NCBI GenBank assembly: GCA_963705305.1
Contig: OY970067.1
Span: 2,368,001 to 2,432,000 of the forward strand
DNA length: 64,000 nucleotides
Reading direction: 5' to 3'
Source: an uncultured Methylomirabilota bacterium
GTDB taxonomy: Bacteria; Methylomirabilota; Methylomirabilia; Methylomirabilales; 2-02-FULL-66-22
Shown: positions 43,534-53,163 of the stretch, in pieces
How positions within the stretch are numbered: the first letter of the stretch is position 1
Layout of the letters: each line of letters starts with the position of its first letter
Notes under the pieces: generated by a model
What the model saw: only the letters and a program-made list of their open reading frames with translations
Told to the model about the DNA's origin: nothing
Databases searched by the model: none
Program-made: the position numbers and the translations under genes

Positions 43534-43804
43534 GTTTCGAGATCTCCTCGATCAATAGGAAGCGGGCGGCGCGTTCGCCCTCCACGGTGTAGATGGCCCG
43601 ATACGAACGGCTCAGCCGGATGGATCGTTGGCCCTGGCGATCTCCGTGCAGCGGCTCGTCGTGGTACCCGGGAACCTTCCTTGCCTCTTCAAGCCCGCGG
43701 GTCTCAACGTCGTCCACCCAAGCTGCCAAGTTCTCCACGATGTGGCGAGGGGTCTTCTTGAGCTGCTTCCGGACCAGGCCGCTCAGTTCCACACGTCTTA
43801 TCAT
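43523..43804 (-). CDS. RelE/HigB-like mRNA interferase toxin
   Basis: 'YHDEPLHGDRQGQRSIRLSRSYRAIY'. Confidence 0.85.
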   Translation of the reverse strand: MIRRVELSGLVRKQLKKTPRHIVENLAAWVDDVETRGLEEARKVPGYHDEPLHGDRQGQRSIRLSRSYRAIYTVEGERAARFLLIEEISKHAY

Positions 43805-43812
43805 GGGGATTG

Positions 43813-43841
43813 AGAATACACCTATCAGGTGAAGTCGTCAA
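43813..43841 (-). promoter_or_regulatory. TA promoter with a palindromic operator
   Basis: TTGACG-17 nt-TATTCT; CACCT-n3-AGGTG in the spacer; ATG 8 nt after the -10. Confidence 0.65.
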
Positions 43842-44059
43842 CCATACTTATTGCCGAGCTTGGCGACCCGAGAAGACAATAGGGGACGTTGTGGCCTAAT
43901 TGTCCTGCTTCGTGGCGGAGCGCAAACGCGGTAACCGTGCCCGCCTGGCAGGGCGGGCCGAAGGGGAAATCACCGATGACGCCCGGCTGGCGATGCGGCT
44001 GGCGCAGGAGAGCCTCGGAGGGGCAGGTGACGCCTCCCCTGGATTGGTGGAGGCCGCGC

Positions 44060-44087
44060 TTGACTGTATACCGGGATTCGGTATACT
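44060..44087 (+). promoter_or_regulatory. higBA promoter with a palindromic operator
   Basis: TTGACT-16 nt-TATACT; GTATACCG-n5-CGGTATAC; ATG 7 nt after the -10. Confidence 0.65.
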
Positions 44088-44094
44088 GCGGGCG

Positions 44095-44373
44095 ATGATC
44101 AAGTCCTTCGGCGACAAACGAACCGAGCGGCTCTTCCGGGATGCTGTCGTGCCGGAGTTCCAGGGGGTCGCGCGACGGGCGAAACGCAAGCTCGAGGCGC
44201 TGCACGCCGCGTCACGTTTGCAGGACCTTCGGGTGCCGCCTTCGAACCAGCTGGAGAAGCTGCGTGGGGATCTGCACGAATATCATTCGATCCGGATCAA
44301 TGATCAGTGGCGGGTCATCTTCAAATGGATTGACAACAACGGCCACGACGTTGCGATTTGCGACTATCACTGA
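44095..44373 (+). CDS. higB: HigB toxin
   Basis: 'MIKSF.DK', 'LRVPPSNQLEKLRG', 'SIRINDQWRVIF', ends in 'DYH'. Confidence 0.92.
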   Translation: MIKSFGDKRTERLFRDAVVPEFQGVARRAKRKLEALHAASRLQDLRVPPSNQLEKLRGDLHEYHSIRINDQWRVIFKWIDNNGHDVAICDYH

Positions 44374-44383
44374 GGAGCGGAGA

Positions 44384-44686
44384 ATGACACGGGTAGAGTT
44401 CGCCCCCGTCACACCGGGGGAGATGCTGAAGGAGGAGTTCCTGGCCGAGTACGGGCTGTCCCAGAACCAGCTGGCGAAAGCCATCGGGATCTCGCCGAAT
44501 CGCATCGCCGAGATCGTGAATAATCGACGCCGCATCACAGCGGACACGGCGCTTCGTCTCGGGCTCTATTTTGGTAACAGTCCGGAGTTCTGGATGAACC
44601 TCCAGGCCCACTATGACCTCAAGGTGGCGAAGCAGAACCTCCGCCCAGAGGATGCCAAGCGGATCAAGGCCCGCCGGGCTGCATAG
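44384..44686 (+). CDS. higA: HigA antitoxin
   Basis: 'PGEMLKEEFL', 'RRITADTALRL', 'FWMNLQAHYDL'. Confidence 0.92.
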   Translation: MTRVEFAPVTPGEMLKEEFLAEYGLSQNQLAKAIGISPNRIAEIVNNRRRITADTALRLGLYFGNSPEFWMNLQAHYDLKVAKQNLRPEDAKRIKARRAA

Positions 44687-44824
44687 GCGATTTGGCCGGC
44701 TTCCGATGGCAGAGCCCCGTTTACCAGCGTCCCTTTTGTCCGCTCCCGCGCGCGACGGGCAAGGCGACGAATCCCCGCATGCCTGATCGCGGAGACGGAG
44801 CGGGTCGAATCGCCGCTCTTCTTC

Positions 44825-45871
44825 CTACGCCATCTCCACCAGGACCTTGATCGTATTGTCGCCGCGGGCGTGCGCTGTGCCGAAGGCGTCGGCGGCCTTC
44901 TCGAGCGGGAACCGGTCGGTGACGAACCGCGCCAGCCGCTCGCGTCGCCGGACGGATACGTCGATGCCCAGCGGGAACAGATTGGCGTACCGGAAGAGGG
45001 TCTCGATCCGCACCCCCGAGCGTACAATGGCCGTGTAGTCGATGGCCATGGTCGGCTCGTCGATGAAGCCCACCGCGACATAGGTGGCGCCTTTCGCGGC
45101 CGCCCTGAACGCCACCGTGATTGCCGGAGGCGCGCCGGTTGCTTCCATGATCACATCGGGGCCGCCGCCCGTCACACGCTTGAGCTCCTGAGCAACGTCG
45201 GTTCCGCGGGCATTGATGACCTGCGCGCCCAGCTCCTTTGCGAGGGCGAGGCGCTTCTCCATCACATCGATGACCCAGATATGTTCGGCCCCGTGGGACA
45301 GCGCCGCCTCCAGGCACACCAGCCCGATCATCCCCGCGCCGAAAATGGCGACCAAACTGTCCGGGCCAACCCGCCCGTGAGCCGCCGCCTGCAGCCCGAC
45401 CACCATCGGCTCCACCGTCGCGCCGGCCGAAAAGTCAAGCGCATCCGGCATCGGATACACCCACTGCGCCGGCGCGACCACATATTCCGCCATGCAACCA
45501 TGGTTCGGAGGCACACCCACGAATCGCACCGAGCCACAGAGGTTGTACCGGCCACTACGGCACATCTTGCAATGGCCGCACGCGAATCCGGGCTCCAGGA
45601 CAACGTGCTGCCCCGCCTGCAGGGTGGTCACGCCGCTCCCCACGGCAGCGATCTCTCCGCTCATTTCATGACCGGGCACGTGCGGATCTTGAAGCACGAT
45701 GGGCCCGAGACGGCCGGTGTCGTACAGGTGCATGTCCGATCCGCAGATCCCGGCTGCGCGGACGCGGATCAGGACCTCGCCGGGTCCGGCCGTCGGCCGC
45801 GGCAGCTCGCAGATCTCGATCTGCTCGGGCCTCACCAGCATCGCCGCTTTCATCGAGGCATTCGAGGGCAT
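44825..45871 (-). CDS. Zn-dependent polyol (sorbitol/iditol-type) dehydrogenase
   Basis: 'GICGSD', 'GHE', CxxCxxC-x7-C motif, 'GAGMIG'. Confidence 0.9.
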   Translation of the reverse strand: MPSNASMKAAMLVRPEQIEICELPRPTAGPGEVLIRVRAAGICGSDMHLYDTGRLGPIVLQDPHVPGHEMSGEIAAVGSGVTTLQAGQHVVLEPGFACGHCKMCRSGRYNLCGSVRFVGVPPNHGCMAEYVVAPAQWVYPMPDALDFSAGATVEPMVVGLQAAAHGRVGPDSLVAIFGAGMIGLVCLEAALSHGAEHIWVIDVMEKRLALAKELGAQVINARGTDVAQELKRVTGGGPDVIMEATGAPPAITVAFRAAAKGATYVAVGFIDEPTMAIDYTAIVRSGVRIETLFRYANLFPLGIDVSVRRRERLARFVTDRFPLEKAADAFGTAHARGDNTIKVLVEMA

Positions 45872-46130
45872 GCTCTTCCTCCTGGGCGTCATGATGCCTT
45901 GTGAATTTCCGCTACAGCATATCGTACTTGTCGCGCAGGGCCTGCCAGCCCGCAACCTGGTTGACCGCATTGTATATCAGGGGACGTGGCAACATTAATT
46001 ACTTTGTTTGACGCCGGACAGTTTGTCTGGGGGCGGTGCGCGAACACGTGGAGTGTGCCTGGCTGACTGGGGCAAAACGAATCCCCTCGCGCGGCGACGG
46101 TCTCCTTGACCGGGGCCAGCTCTTTCTCGA

Positions 46131-47732
46131 GGCGATCCATGAATAGGGGACCCGGCCGTTTCTGCGGTGTCAAGGCGGATCCCTCCTCTGGATGCCGACG
46201 CATCCGGCGTGGTGTCCTGCCTGCCTCCCCCGGGACCGCTCCCGGGTGATCTCTCCCGCCCCAGCGTAGTCGTGGCATCCGGCCTGCTCGCTGCCTGAGC
46301 GGCCCACCCGGCCGTGTCCGAGCTGCGGAGAGCGGGAGCGGCGCGCCAGGGTCCCCCGGCGGTCCCGGGGGGGCCGCCACGTTGCAGGAATCGCGCTGCC
46401 AGCTCCCCGGGGAAACCAGGATCTGCTACCCCTCAGCGGGCCGCCCGGCAGAGCCCGCCGGTCCGCCGCGGGTCGTAGGGGGTCCCGCGCCGCCACACGC
46501 CCCAGACGATCCGGAGGAGCTTCGCCGCCAGCTCCACGGTGGCCGTGAAGCCGGCGGCGCGGTCGCCCTGGCGCTTCGCCTGCAGCACCGCGAGCCGGGC
46601 CCGGCCGCTCGCCGTCCGCGTGACCCCCCGCGCCGCCTGGGACCAGGGCCCAGCGGAGGAGGCCGCGCCCGCCCTTCGAGATCCGCATCTGTCCCGCGTA
46701 CCGCCCGGACTGGACCTGGCAGATGTCGAGGCCGGCGAGCTTCCGGAGCTGGGAGAACTGCGTGAACCAGGCGATGTCGCCGATCTCGGCGAGGAGGGTC
46801 GCGGCCACCGTGGGCCCGACCCCCGGGATGGTCCGGAGGCCGGAAGCCGCTCGGCGACCGGCGTGCACGCCGCCTCGAGCGCGGCGATCCGGGCCTGCAC
46901 GGCCTCGACCTGGGCCCCGAGGTCGGCACAGGCGGTGGCGAGGCCGAGCGGGAGGCGGCCTTTCGCGACCGCCGGGCGGCCCGGGGCCACCCGCTCCCAG
47001 GCCTGGAGGACCATCGGGAGCTCGACCTGCAGGCGATTCGGGAGCGGGGCTCCCGCCGGGGCCAGACTGGGGCGGAGGGTGGTGCGCCAGCGCGCCTTGC
47101 AGGCGGCGAGCTCACTCCGGGCCCGGCGGAGGCACTTCACCAGGGGGCGCAACTCGGCGAGCGGGCCGGCGGGCCGCGAGTAGAAGAGCACCTTCCCCTG
47201 CTCCAGGAGATCGGCGCAGTTCGCGGCGTCCTTCCGGTCGGACTTGTCCCAGGTCCCGTCCTGGGTCCGGCGGTTCCAGTAGGCCACGCTGCTGGAGAGC
47301 AGCAGGACATCCGCCCCGTGCTGCTCCAGGAAGCTCGCCACCGCCTGGTGGTAGGTCCCGGTGGGCTCCAGGCCGCACCCGACCCCCCGGTCCCCGGTGC
47401 TCCGCTGCGCCGACTGGATCCGGGCCCAGAGCGTGGCGAAGCCCCGGGGGGTGTTCGGGATGGTGAGCGTCGGGACCACCACCCGCGTGTGCGCGTGCCG
47501 GAGGTGCCCCACGTGGGCGGCTTGGGCGACGTCGATCCCGACGAGGAGCCGCGATCGATCCGTCCACAGGGTAGCCTTGAGCGCCCGGAAGCGCTTGACA
47601 CGGGTGGCATTGTCACGGAGGGTAGCCATGGGGTTCTTCCTCCTCTGTGCGGGGCGAGTGGATGGCTCTCTGCACACCCCTACCAATAGCGAGGAAGGAC
47701 CCCTTTTTGAAGCTGCCTTTTTCATGAGAAAG
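46131..47732 (-). mobile_element. IS110-family element, IS1111 subgroup
   Basis: sub-terminal IRs ATGAAAAAGG / ATGAATAGGG; outward TTGACA near the right end; long downstream non-coding end; boundaries approximate. Confidence 0.75.
46433..47629 (-). pseudogene. IS110 DEDD recombinase, frameshifted
   Basis: 'VGIDVA', 'LEPTG', 'KSDRKDA', 'IPGVG', 'QSG...ISKGGR..LR' spread over two frames. Confidence 0.85.
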
Positions 47733-48177
47733 GGGTCACACTCAGGGAGTCTGGCCTGCGCTGGCTCATTCATGCAGGTAATACTACGTTGCGACTTTAT
47801 TGACATTATTAGATGCCGGGGCATAGAGAAGGGACGATGCCCCTTCGTGTTCCGCGCTCCCACAGACTCCGAGCGGGGATGCGGGCAGGGCCTGCAACAC
47901 GCCGAGGTCGGGGTGGGCGGCGAATTGAAGACGGCGAGGGCGATGAGGCGCGCGCCCTGGGCGCTGGGGCGGGGCTCGAGGCAGGGATGAGCCAGGGTCA
48001 ATTCATAGCTGCGCCGCGTCCCTGATGATACGTTCCGGAGGACTATGGAAGCCCGCGAGACGCCAGGAGTGTCAGGATGCAACGTCTCCTAGGCGACGAA
48101 TGAGGTGACGGCAACGAAGGAGGTAGCGGGAGGATCCACGGGCGGGACCCGGCCCGCCCGTGGGAGTGCGTAGCGCC

Positions 48178-49929
48178 CTAGGTCCGTGCTGCGGCTGGCC
48201 GCAGGGCGCGCGCCCTGCCAAACGCCCGCAGGGCGTCGTACGCCAGGAACAGCGCGAGGATCACCAGCGTGATGCCGATGGCCGCGGCGATCAGGTTCCC
48301 GAAGACGAACGGCGCCTTCAGGTTCGGTGCGAAGGCGGCCTGGAACGAGATCACCGCCGTCACCACCAACGCGGCAATCGTCGTGACATACAGGAATAGA
48401 GCCGGCCAGAGCGTCCACTGGTACGACTTGCCGGTCTGGGCTAGCCAGATGCTGACCAACATCAGCGACAAGCTGGCCAAGAGCTGGTTCGATCCGCCAA
48501 ACAGAATCCAGAGCCGGGACCAGAATCCGGTCCAGAAGAGTACCAGTGTGAGCGCGAGGCCGACGATCGAGCCGAAGTGGACGTTCTTGAAGGCGGGGAC
48601 CGCATCACCGACCAACTCCCCGCCGGCGATGCGCAGGAAGCGCAGGTTCAACTGCATCACCGTCAGTGCCATGATCACCAGGAATGCCGCACCGAATGCG
48701 CCCCCGAAGGCCTTGGGGATGCCGAGCACGTTCAGGTACTCAGCCATCCCGCCGGCAAACACCGCGCCCGGGCCGCCTCCCTTGGTGAGCTTGTCCATGT
48801 ACCCGGCGAAGCCGCCGAACGCCGTCACCGCGAACAGGACGGACACGATGGCCAGCACCGATTCCATGAACATCGCGCCGGCACCGACCGGGAGGGCGTC
48901 CGTCTCCTTCTCGAGCTGGCGCGCGGTCCCGGAACTGGATACCAGGCTGTGCCATCCGGACACCGCACCGCAGGCGACCGTCACGAACAAGATCGGCCAG
49001 AGCGGCGTGTCGAATCCCGGGGCGATAATCCCCTTGGCGGTGAACCCGGTAAACGCGGGGAAGTCCCCGAAGCTGGGCATGCGGAGGAAGATCCCGATAA
49101 CGGACCCCAGGATGCCCAAGAAGACGAGCCAGAATGCGATATAGTTCACCGGCTGGGCGAACCGCCAAATCGGGAGGACAGATCCGAGATAGCAGAATCC
49201 CAGGGCGACGATGCCCCAGAAAAATACGGACCACTTCATCGGCCCATACGGCGTGGCATACAAGACGAAGGAGTCCTTGCCGCCGTTGATCGCATCCACG
49301 ATCGCCCGGAAGGGCCCCGTGGTCCCGAGCCAGACCCCGATGATTCCGATTGCCACGCAGACCACCGTCGTCAGCAACAAGTCCTTCCGCCACTTGTACG
49401 TCATCTGGCCGGCCAGCATACCGGCCAGCGTCAGGATGATGAACCCGAGCGGCACGTTCGGGTTCGAGAAGATGCCCGCCACAATGGCCGAGAACGCGCC
49501 CAGGATCAGCAAGAGGTAGAAGTAAAGGAACGACAGGAGAATCGCCCGCGCCCGCGGCGAGATGAGCTTGTAGCTCAGGCCGCCCATCGTCAGCCCATCG
49601 TTGCGCATGGCCAGGACGGCCGCCGTGTAATCCTGGACCCAGCCGAGAAAGGTGACGCCCAGGACGAGCCAGATCAACGCCGGGGCGTAGCCCCACTGCA
49701 CGGCAACGATCGGACCGACGATCGGCCCCAATGCCGCGATGGACTTGAACTGGTATCCGAACAGGACGCTCGAGCTGGCTGGCATGAAATCGACGCCATC
49801 ATTGTACAGCTTGGCGGGTGTCGCCTTCGCGGGATCCGCGCCGATCACCGAGCGGTCGATGCCGCCCGAGTAGTACTTGTACCCGAGCCAATAAGCCACG
49901 ATCGCGACGAGAACGACGATGCCTCCCAT
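48178..49929 (-). CDS. cstA: carbon starvation CstA-family transporter
   Basis: 'TPA....DGVDF', 'SIAALGPIVGP', 'FVTVACGAVSGWH', 'LFGGSNQLLA'. Confidence 0.9.
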   Translation of the reverse strand: MGGIVVLVAIVAYWLGYKYYSGGIDRSVIGADPAKATPAKLYNDGVDFMPASSSVLFGYQFKSIAALGPIVGPIVAVQWGYAPALIWLVLGVTFLGWVQDYTAAVLAMRNDGLTMGGLSYKLISPRARAILLSFLYFYLLLILGAFSAIVAGIFSNPNVPLGFIILTLAGMLAGQMTYKWRKDLLLTTVVCVAIGIIGVWLGTTGPFRAIVDAINGGKDSFVLYATPYGPMKWSVFFWGIVALGFCYLGSVLPIWRFAQPVNYIAFWLVFLGILGSVIGIFLRMPSFGDFPAFTGFTAKGIIAPGFDTPLWPILFVTVACGAVSGWHSLVSSSGTARQLEKETDALPVGAGAMFMESVLAIVSVLFAVTAFGGFAGYMDKLTKGGGPGAVFAGGMAEYLNVLGIPKAFGGAFGAAFLVIMALTVMQLNLRFLRIAGGELVGDAVPAFKNVHFGSIVGLALTLVLFWTGFWSRLWILFGGSNQLLASLSLMLVSIWLAQTGKSYQWTLWPALFLYVTTIAALVVTAVISFQAAFAPNLKAPFVFGNLIAAAIGITLVILALFLAYDALRAFGRARALRPAAART

Positions 49930-50610
49930 ACCGGCCTCCTTCCCCGACTGTTGAAAAGGGCGGACGGGACACCGCAACGCACCCTGACGATTCGGCTATC
50001 CGGGCCTCACCTCCCTTCGCGTTCACGGTTACTGCGTTCCGAAGAGGATGGAACCGCCACGCGGTTCGGTGCGCCACGTGTGCGATTTCGAGAGCTATGT
50101 ATCGAGGCTCAAGTCGACAGGCTAGCCGGTGTGGGCCGGGGCCTTACCGGCTAGGATCATGCGGAGTGTGGCAGTTAACGAAACCCATAGAGCCTACCGC
50201 CGCCGTTCGCAGAAGTCAAGCCTCATGTTCGTTAGAAATATTCGTTAGAAAGGGACGTAGGCTCTAAAACAACGTGCTGAATTCCACCCTGCTCAAGGAC
50301 GTGGATCGTGCCTCGCTGGTATTGAATTCCTGCCGATACGAGGCCATAATTTCCTCAGGCAATCGGGACGAAGTAAGAAGGGTACCGGACGCCTTGTGAG
50401 CTGTAAGCGGTTGATTTTCATGAACTGAGATTGCTATTCTTTGCACGGGAGCAACCAGGCAGGTAGGGGTGCGGGCGTCGAGGAAGCGTTTCCGTGCCTC
50501 CGCACATTCAAGTACTTGGAGCCTAAAAATATCCAGTACCCTTTTTGTGACGAAGAGCCACTGGACCGAGCGGAGCGAGGCGCACCGAGCGAAGGCACGG
50601 GAGGTCTCCG

Positions 50611-51447
50611 GTGAGTGTCGATTACTCGCGCGAGAACGTGATGACCCTGGATCCCACGACGTTGAAAGCCATGATCACAGAGCGGGGGCATCACACGGTC
50701 GAAATTCAGCTGTATGAGGCGCTGGCCAAAGGGGGCGCGCTCGGGCCGACCGTCGGAAACGTCGTGCGGGAGCTGCTCGCAGTGTGGAGGGAGCGCGGAC
50801 TCCCCTCGGACAGCGGGGATCTGGCCTGGGTCCGTCGCCTCCTCGCCATGGCGGAAGCCGTCCAGAAGGGCGGGACGCTGGATTTGGCAGAGTTTGCCGG
50901 CACGCCGCTGGATGCGCGGGACCGGCAGGTTGTCGAGCGGCTGCTCTTCGAGCGGCGTTCGGTGCGCTACTGGACCGAGGAGGAGGTGCCCGATTGGATG
51001 ATCGACGAGATCATGCGGGCGGGCCTCTGGGCGGCCCATGGATGCAACCTCAACTCCCTGCGCTTTCTCGTGGTCCGGGAACGGAACGAGCCCGGCCTGT
51101 TTCGCGGCTCCGATATCCCCGGGGGCCCCGTGCACATCGTCGCCTGCCAGGACCGGCGCGTGTACTCGATCCAGCCGGGGTATGTGCAATACCCGGACAT
51201 GCTGGAGAAGAACCGCCTGCTGGACTGCGGGGCGGCGATGGAGAACATGGTGCTCATGGCCCACGCCCTGGGGCTGGGGGGCTGTTGGCTGACGTTCCGG
51301 AACGAGATGCTTGCCCGCATCCGGGAGCGATTCCACCTCCCCGCCCACATCGAGATCGTCACCTATGTCGACGTGGGCTTTCCCAAGCAAACGCCGATGC
51401 CCCCCGGCCGCATTGCCGTCCAGGATGCCGTCCTCGTCAGGCGGTAA
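50611..51447 (+). CDS. nitroreductase-family protein with an N-terminal extension
   Basis: 'RRSVRYW', 'DCGAAMENMVLMAHALGLGGCW'. Confidence 0.85.
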   Translation: MSVDYSRENVMTLDPTTLKAMITERGHHTVEIQLYEALAKGGALGPTVGNVVRELLAVWRERGLPSDSGDLAWVRRLLAMAEAVQKGGTLDLAEFAGTPLDARDRQVVERLLFERRSVRYWTEEEVPDWMIDEIMRAGLWAAHGCNLNSLRFLVVRERNEPGLFRGSDIPGGPVHIVACQDRRVYSIQPGYVQYPDMLEKNRLLDCGAAMENMVLMAHALGLGGCWLTFRNEMLARIRERFHLPAHIEIVTYVDVGFPKQTPMPPGRIAVQDAVLVRR

Positions 51448-51589
51448 CGGTGGCCGCCCGCCTGGGACAGGTGACGTAGAATACGGGACGTTGCGACATT
51501 ATTGACTTTATGCCACCGGGCCTGCCCGTAAGGGGCCTGGAAGCCTAACTCCGGGCCTCCGCCCCCTGCCCGGCACGCCAGGCGCTTCC

Positions 51590-51880
51590 AGCCAACTAGG
51601 TGATCCCGCCATTCGTCCCGGCGATCGGTCCTGACCGGGTCCCCCCCTTCCGGGCGTGAAGGCCGGGGCGATCACTTGACAGGCGATACCGGGGGCGCTA
51701 GGTTGCCGGTAAAGATCGGGGCCGGGGCCCTCCTCGCAGCAGGCCACCACCGGCCCGTCGGGATGCAAGGTCGCCAAAAGCGGCGAATCCGGCGGGACTC
51801 GGTCGGGATCGAACGGGATGACGGCCCGGACGATGTTCTCCTCTCCGACCGGGAGACGGATTCGCCAGGATCCGACCAAA
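51590..51880 (-). mobile_element. IS110 transposase N-terminal remnant
   Basis: 'ACCEEGP..DLYRQ...GIACQVIAP' plus a shifted 'DRVRTDRRD', matching IS110 DEDD motifs. Confidence 0.65.
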
Positions 51881-51909
51881 CCGTTTCACCCTTGGTTCGA
51901 ACGGGCAAC

Positions 51910-53163
51910 ATGCATACTTCTGCGGTGGAGACCCATCACGCGCTCCTGCGGATGCTTCTGTTTGAACCGCAGAAGGCAAGGGGCTTTCTGTTCGAGCATA
52001 ACGCCGAGACGGCGCCGTCCGTGCCCGTTCCCGACTGGTCCCGTCTTGGCGAAATGGCGGAACAGGAGGGGGTTTCCGCAGTTCTGTTCCATAACATCAA
52101 GAAGCATAACCTGCAACATCTCGTCCCGCCGGAATGCTACAGGGACTTGTCCAACCAGTTCCATGTCAACCTGAAGCGCAACCTGCTGGTCATCGGCGCA
52201 TTGCGGCAGGTGCTGGCATCCTTTCAGGAGGCCGGCATTCACTGCATCATCCTGAAGGGCATCGCCCTTGCAGAGCGCGTGTACCCGAATATTGCCATGC
52301 GGGGGATGTCAAACGTCGATATCCTGGTCAGGAAAGCGGATCTCTTCAACGCCGACGAACGTCTGTGCTCCTTAGGATACACTTCGCAAGACAGTACCGC
52401 GACACAGGCGATCCTTAACCCCGCCGGGTATCTCGCCAGCCTGGAATACCGCAAACATGAACCGGCCCCCTTAAGCCTTCACGTTCACTGGCATCCAGTC
52501 AATACGTCGATCCCGGCGGCCATCTTCGCCGAGCGTATCGATATCGACCGGCTCTTGGAACGCGCCACGGCGAGCGTCGTGGCCGACAGCCAGGCCTGGA
52601 TTCTGAGCCCGGAGCATCTGATCATCTACCTTTGCGAACACGCCCTGAGGATCGGCCATTCCTTTGACCGCCTGATTCTCGTCTGCGATATCTTTTACGC
52701 CATAAAGGCCTTTGAAGATACCATCGACTGGGACTTTCTTGTCGAGGAGAGCCGTCGCTTCAACCTCTCCCGGTTCGTGTATCACGGGCTGACCATCGTG
52801 AAATATCATACCTCGTTGAATATCCCGGAAGCGTGCATGGCAAAACTGCGACCGCCCGATATCTCATGGGGGGAAAGGTATTTTCTCACACTCCAGTTCA
52901 ACAACCGGCGAATCAGGGGGAGCAGTTACTTCATCTACCTGACGATGCACAGGGGCTTTTTCGCCAAGATCGCATTCATCGCCCGGACCGTCTTTCCGCC
53001 GGTCCGGATCCTCCGGCAGCGACAGTACCGGAAAGACGTTGCATTCTCAAAATCACTGTATCTCCAGCGAGCCAGGGAGATCATTTCGCACATTTTCCTG
53101 TGGTCCTTTAGCAGGGCGAGCGCTGCTCACGGCAAGAGAAAGATGACGAAGGCCCTTCAGTGA
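51910..53163 (+). CDS. nucleotidyltransferase family protein (NTP_transf_5-like, RiPP-associated)
   Basis: 'ILKGIALA..VYP..AMRGMSNVDILV', 'HVHW', 'HLIIYLCEH', 'DIF'. Confidence 0.8.
   Translation: MHTSAVETHHALLRMLLFEPQKARGFLFEHNAETAPSVPVPDWSRLGEMAEQEGVSAVLFHNIKKHNLQHLVPPECYRDLSNQFHVNLKRNLLVIGALRQVLASFQEAGIHCIILKGIALAERVYPNIAMRGMSNVDILVRKADLFNADERLCSLGYTSQDSTATQAILNPAGYLASLEYRKHEPAPLSLHVHWHPVNTSIPAAIFAERIDIDRLLERATASVVADSQAWILSPEHLIIYLCEHALRIGHSFDRLILVCDIFYAIKAFEDTIDWDFLVEESRRFNLSRFVYHGLTIVKYHTSLNIPEACMAKLRPPDISWGERYFLTLQFNNRRIRGSSYFIYLTMHRGFFAKIAFIARTVFPPVRILRQRQYRKDVAFSKSLYLQRAREIISHIFLWSFSRASAAHGKRKMTKALQ

Noticed and set aside
43860..44040. Possible HEPN-like gene remnant between the TA modules
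   Set aside because: Too short and degenerate to assign by eye.
50264..50446. 60-aa ORF in an AT-rich patch
   Set aside because: No recognisable motif or RBS; it may be a fragment of foreign DNA but cannot be supported.
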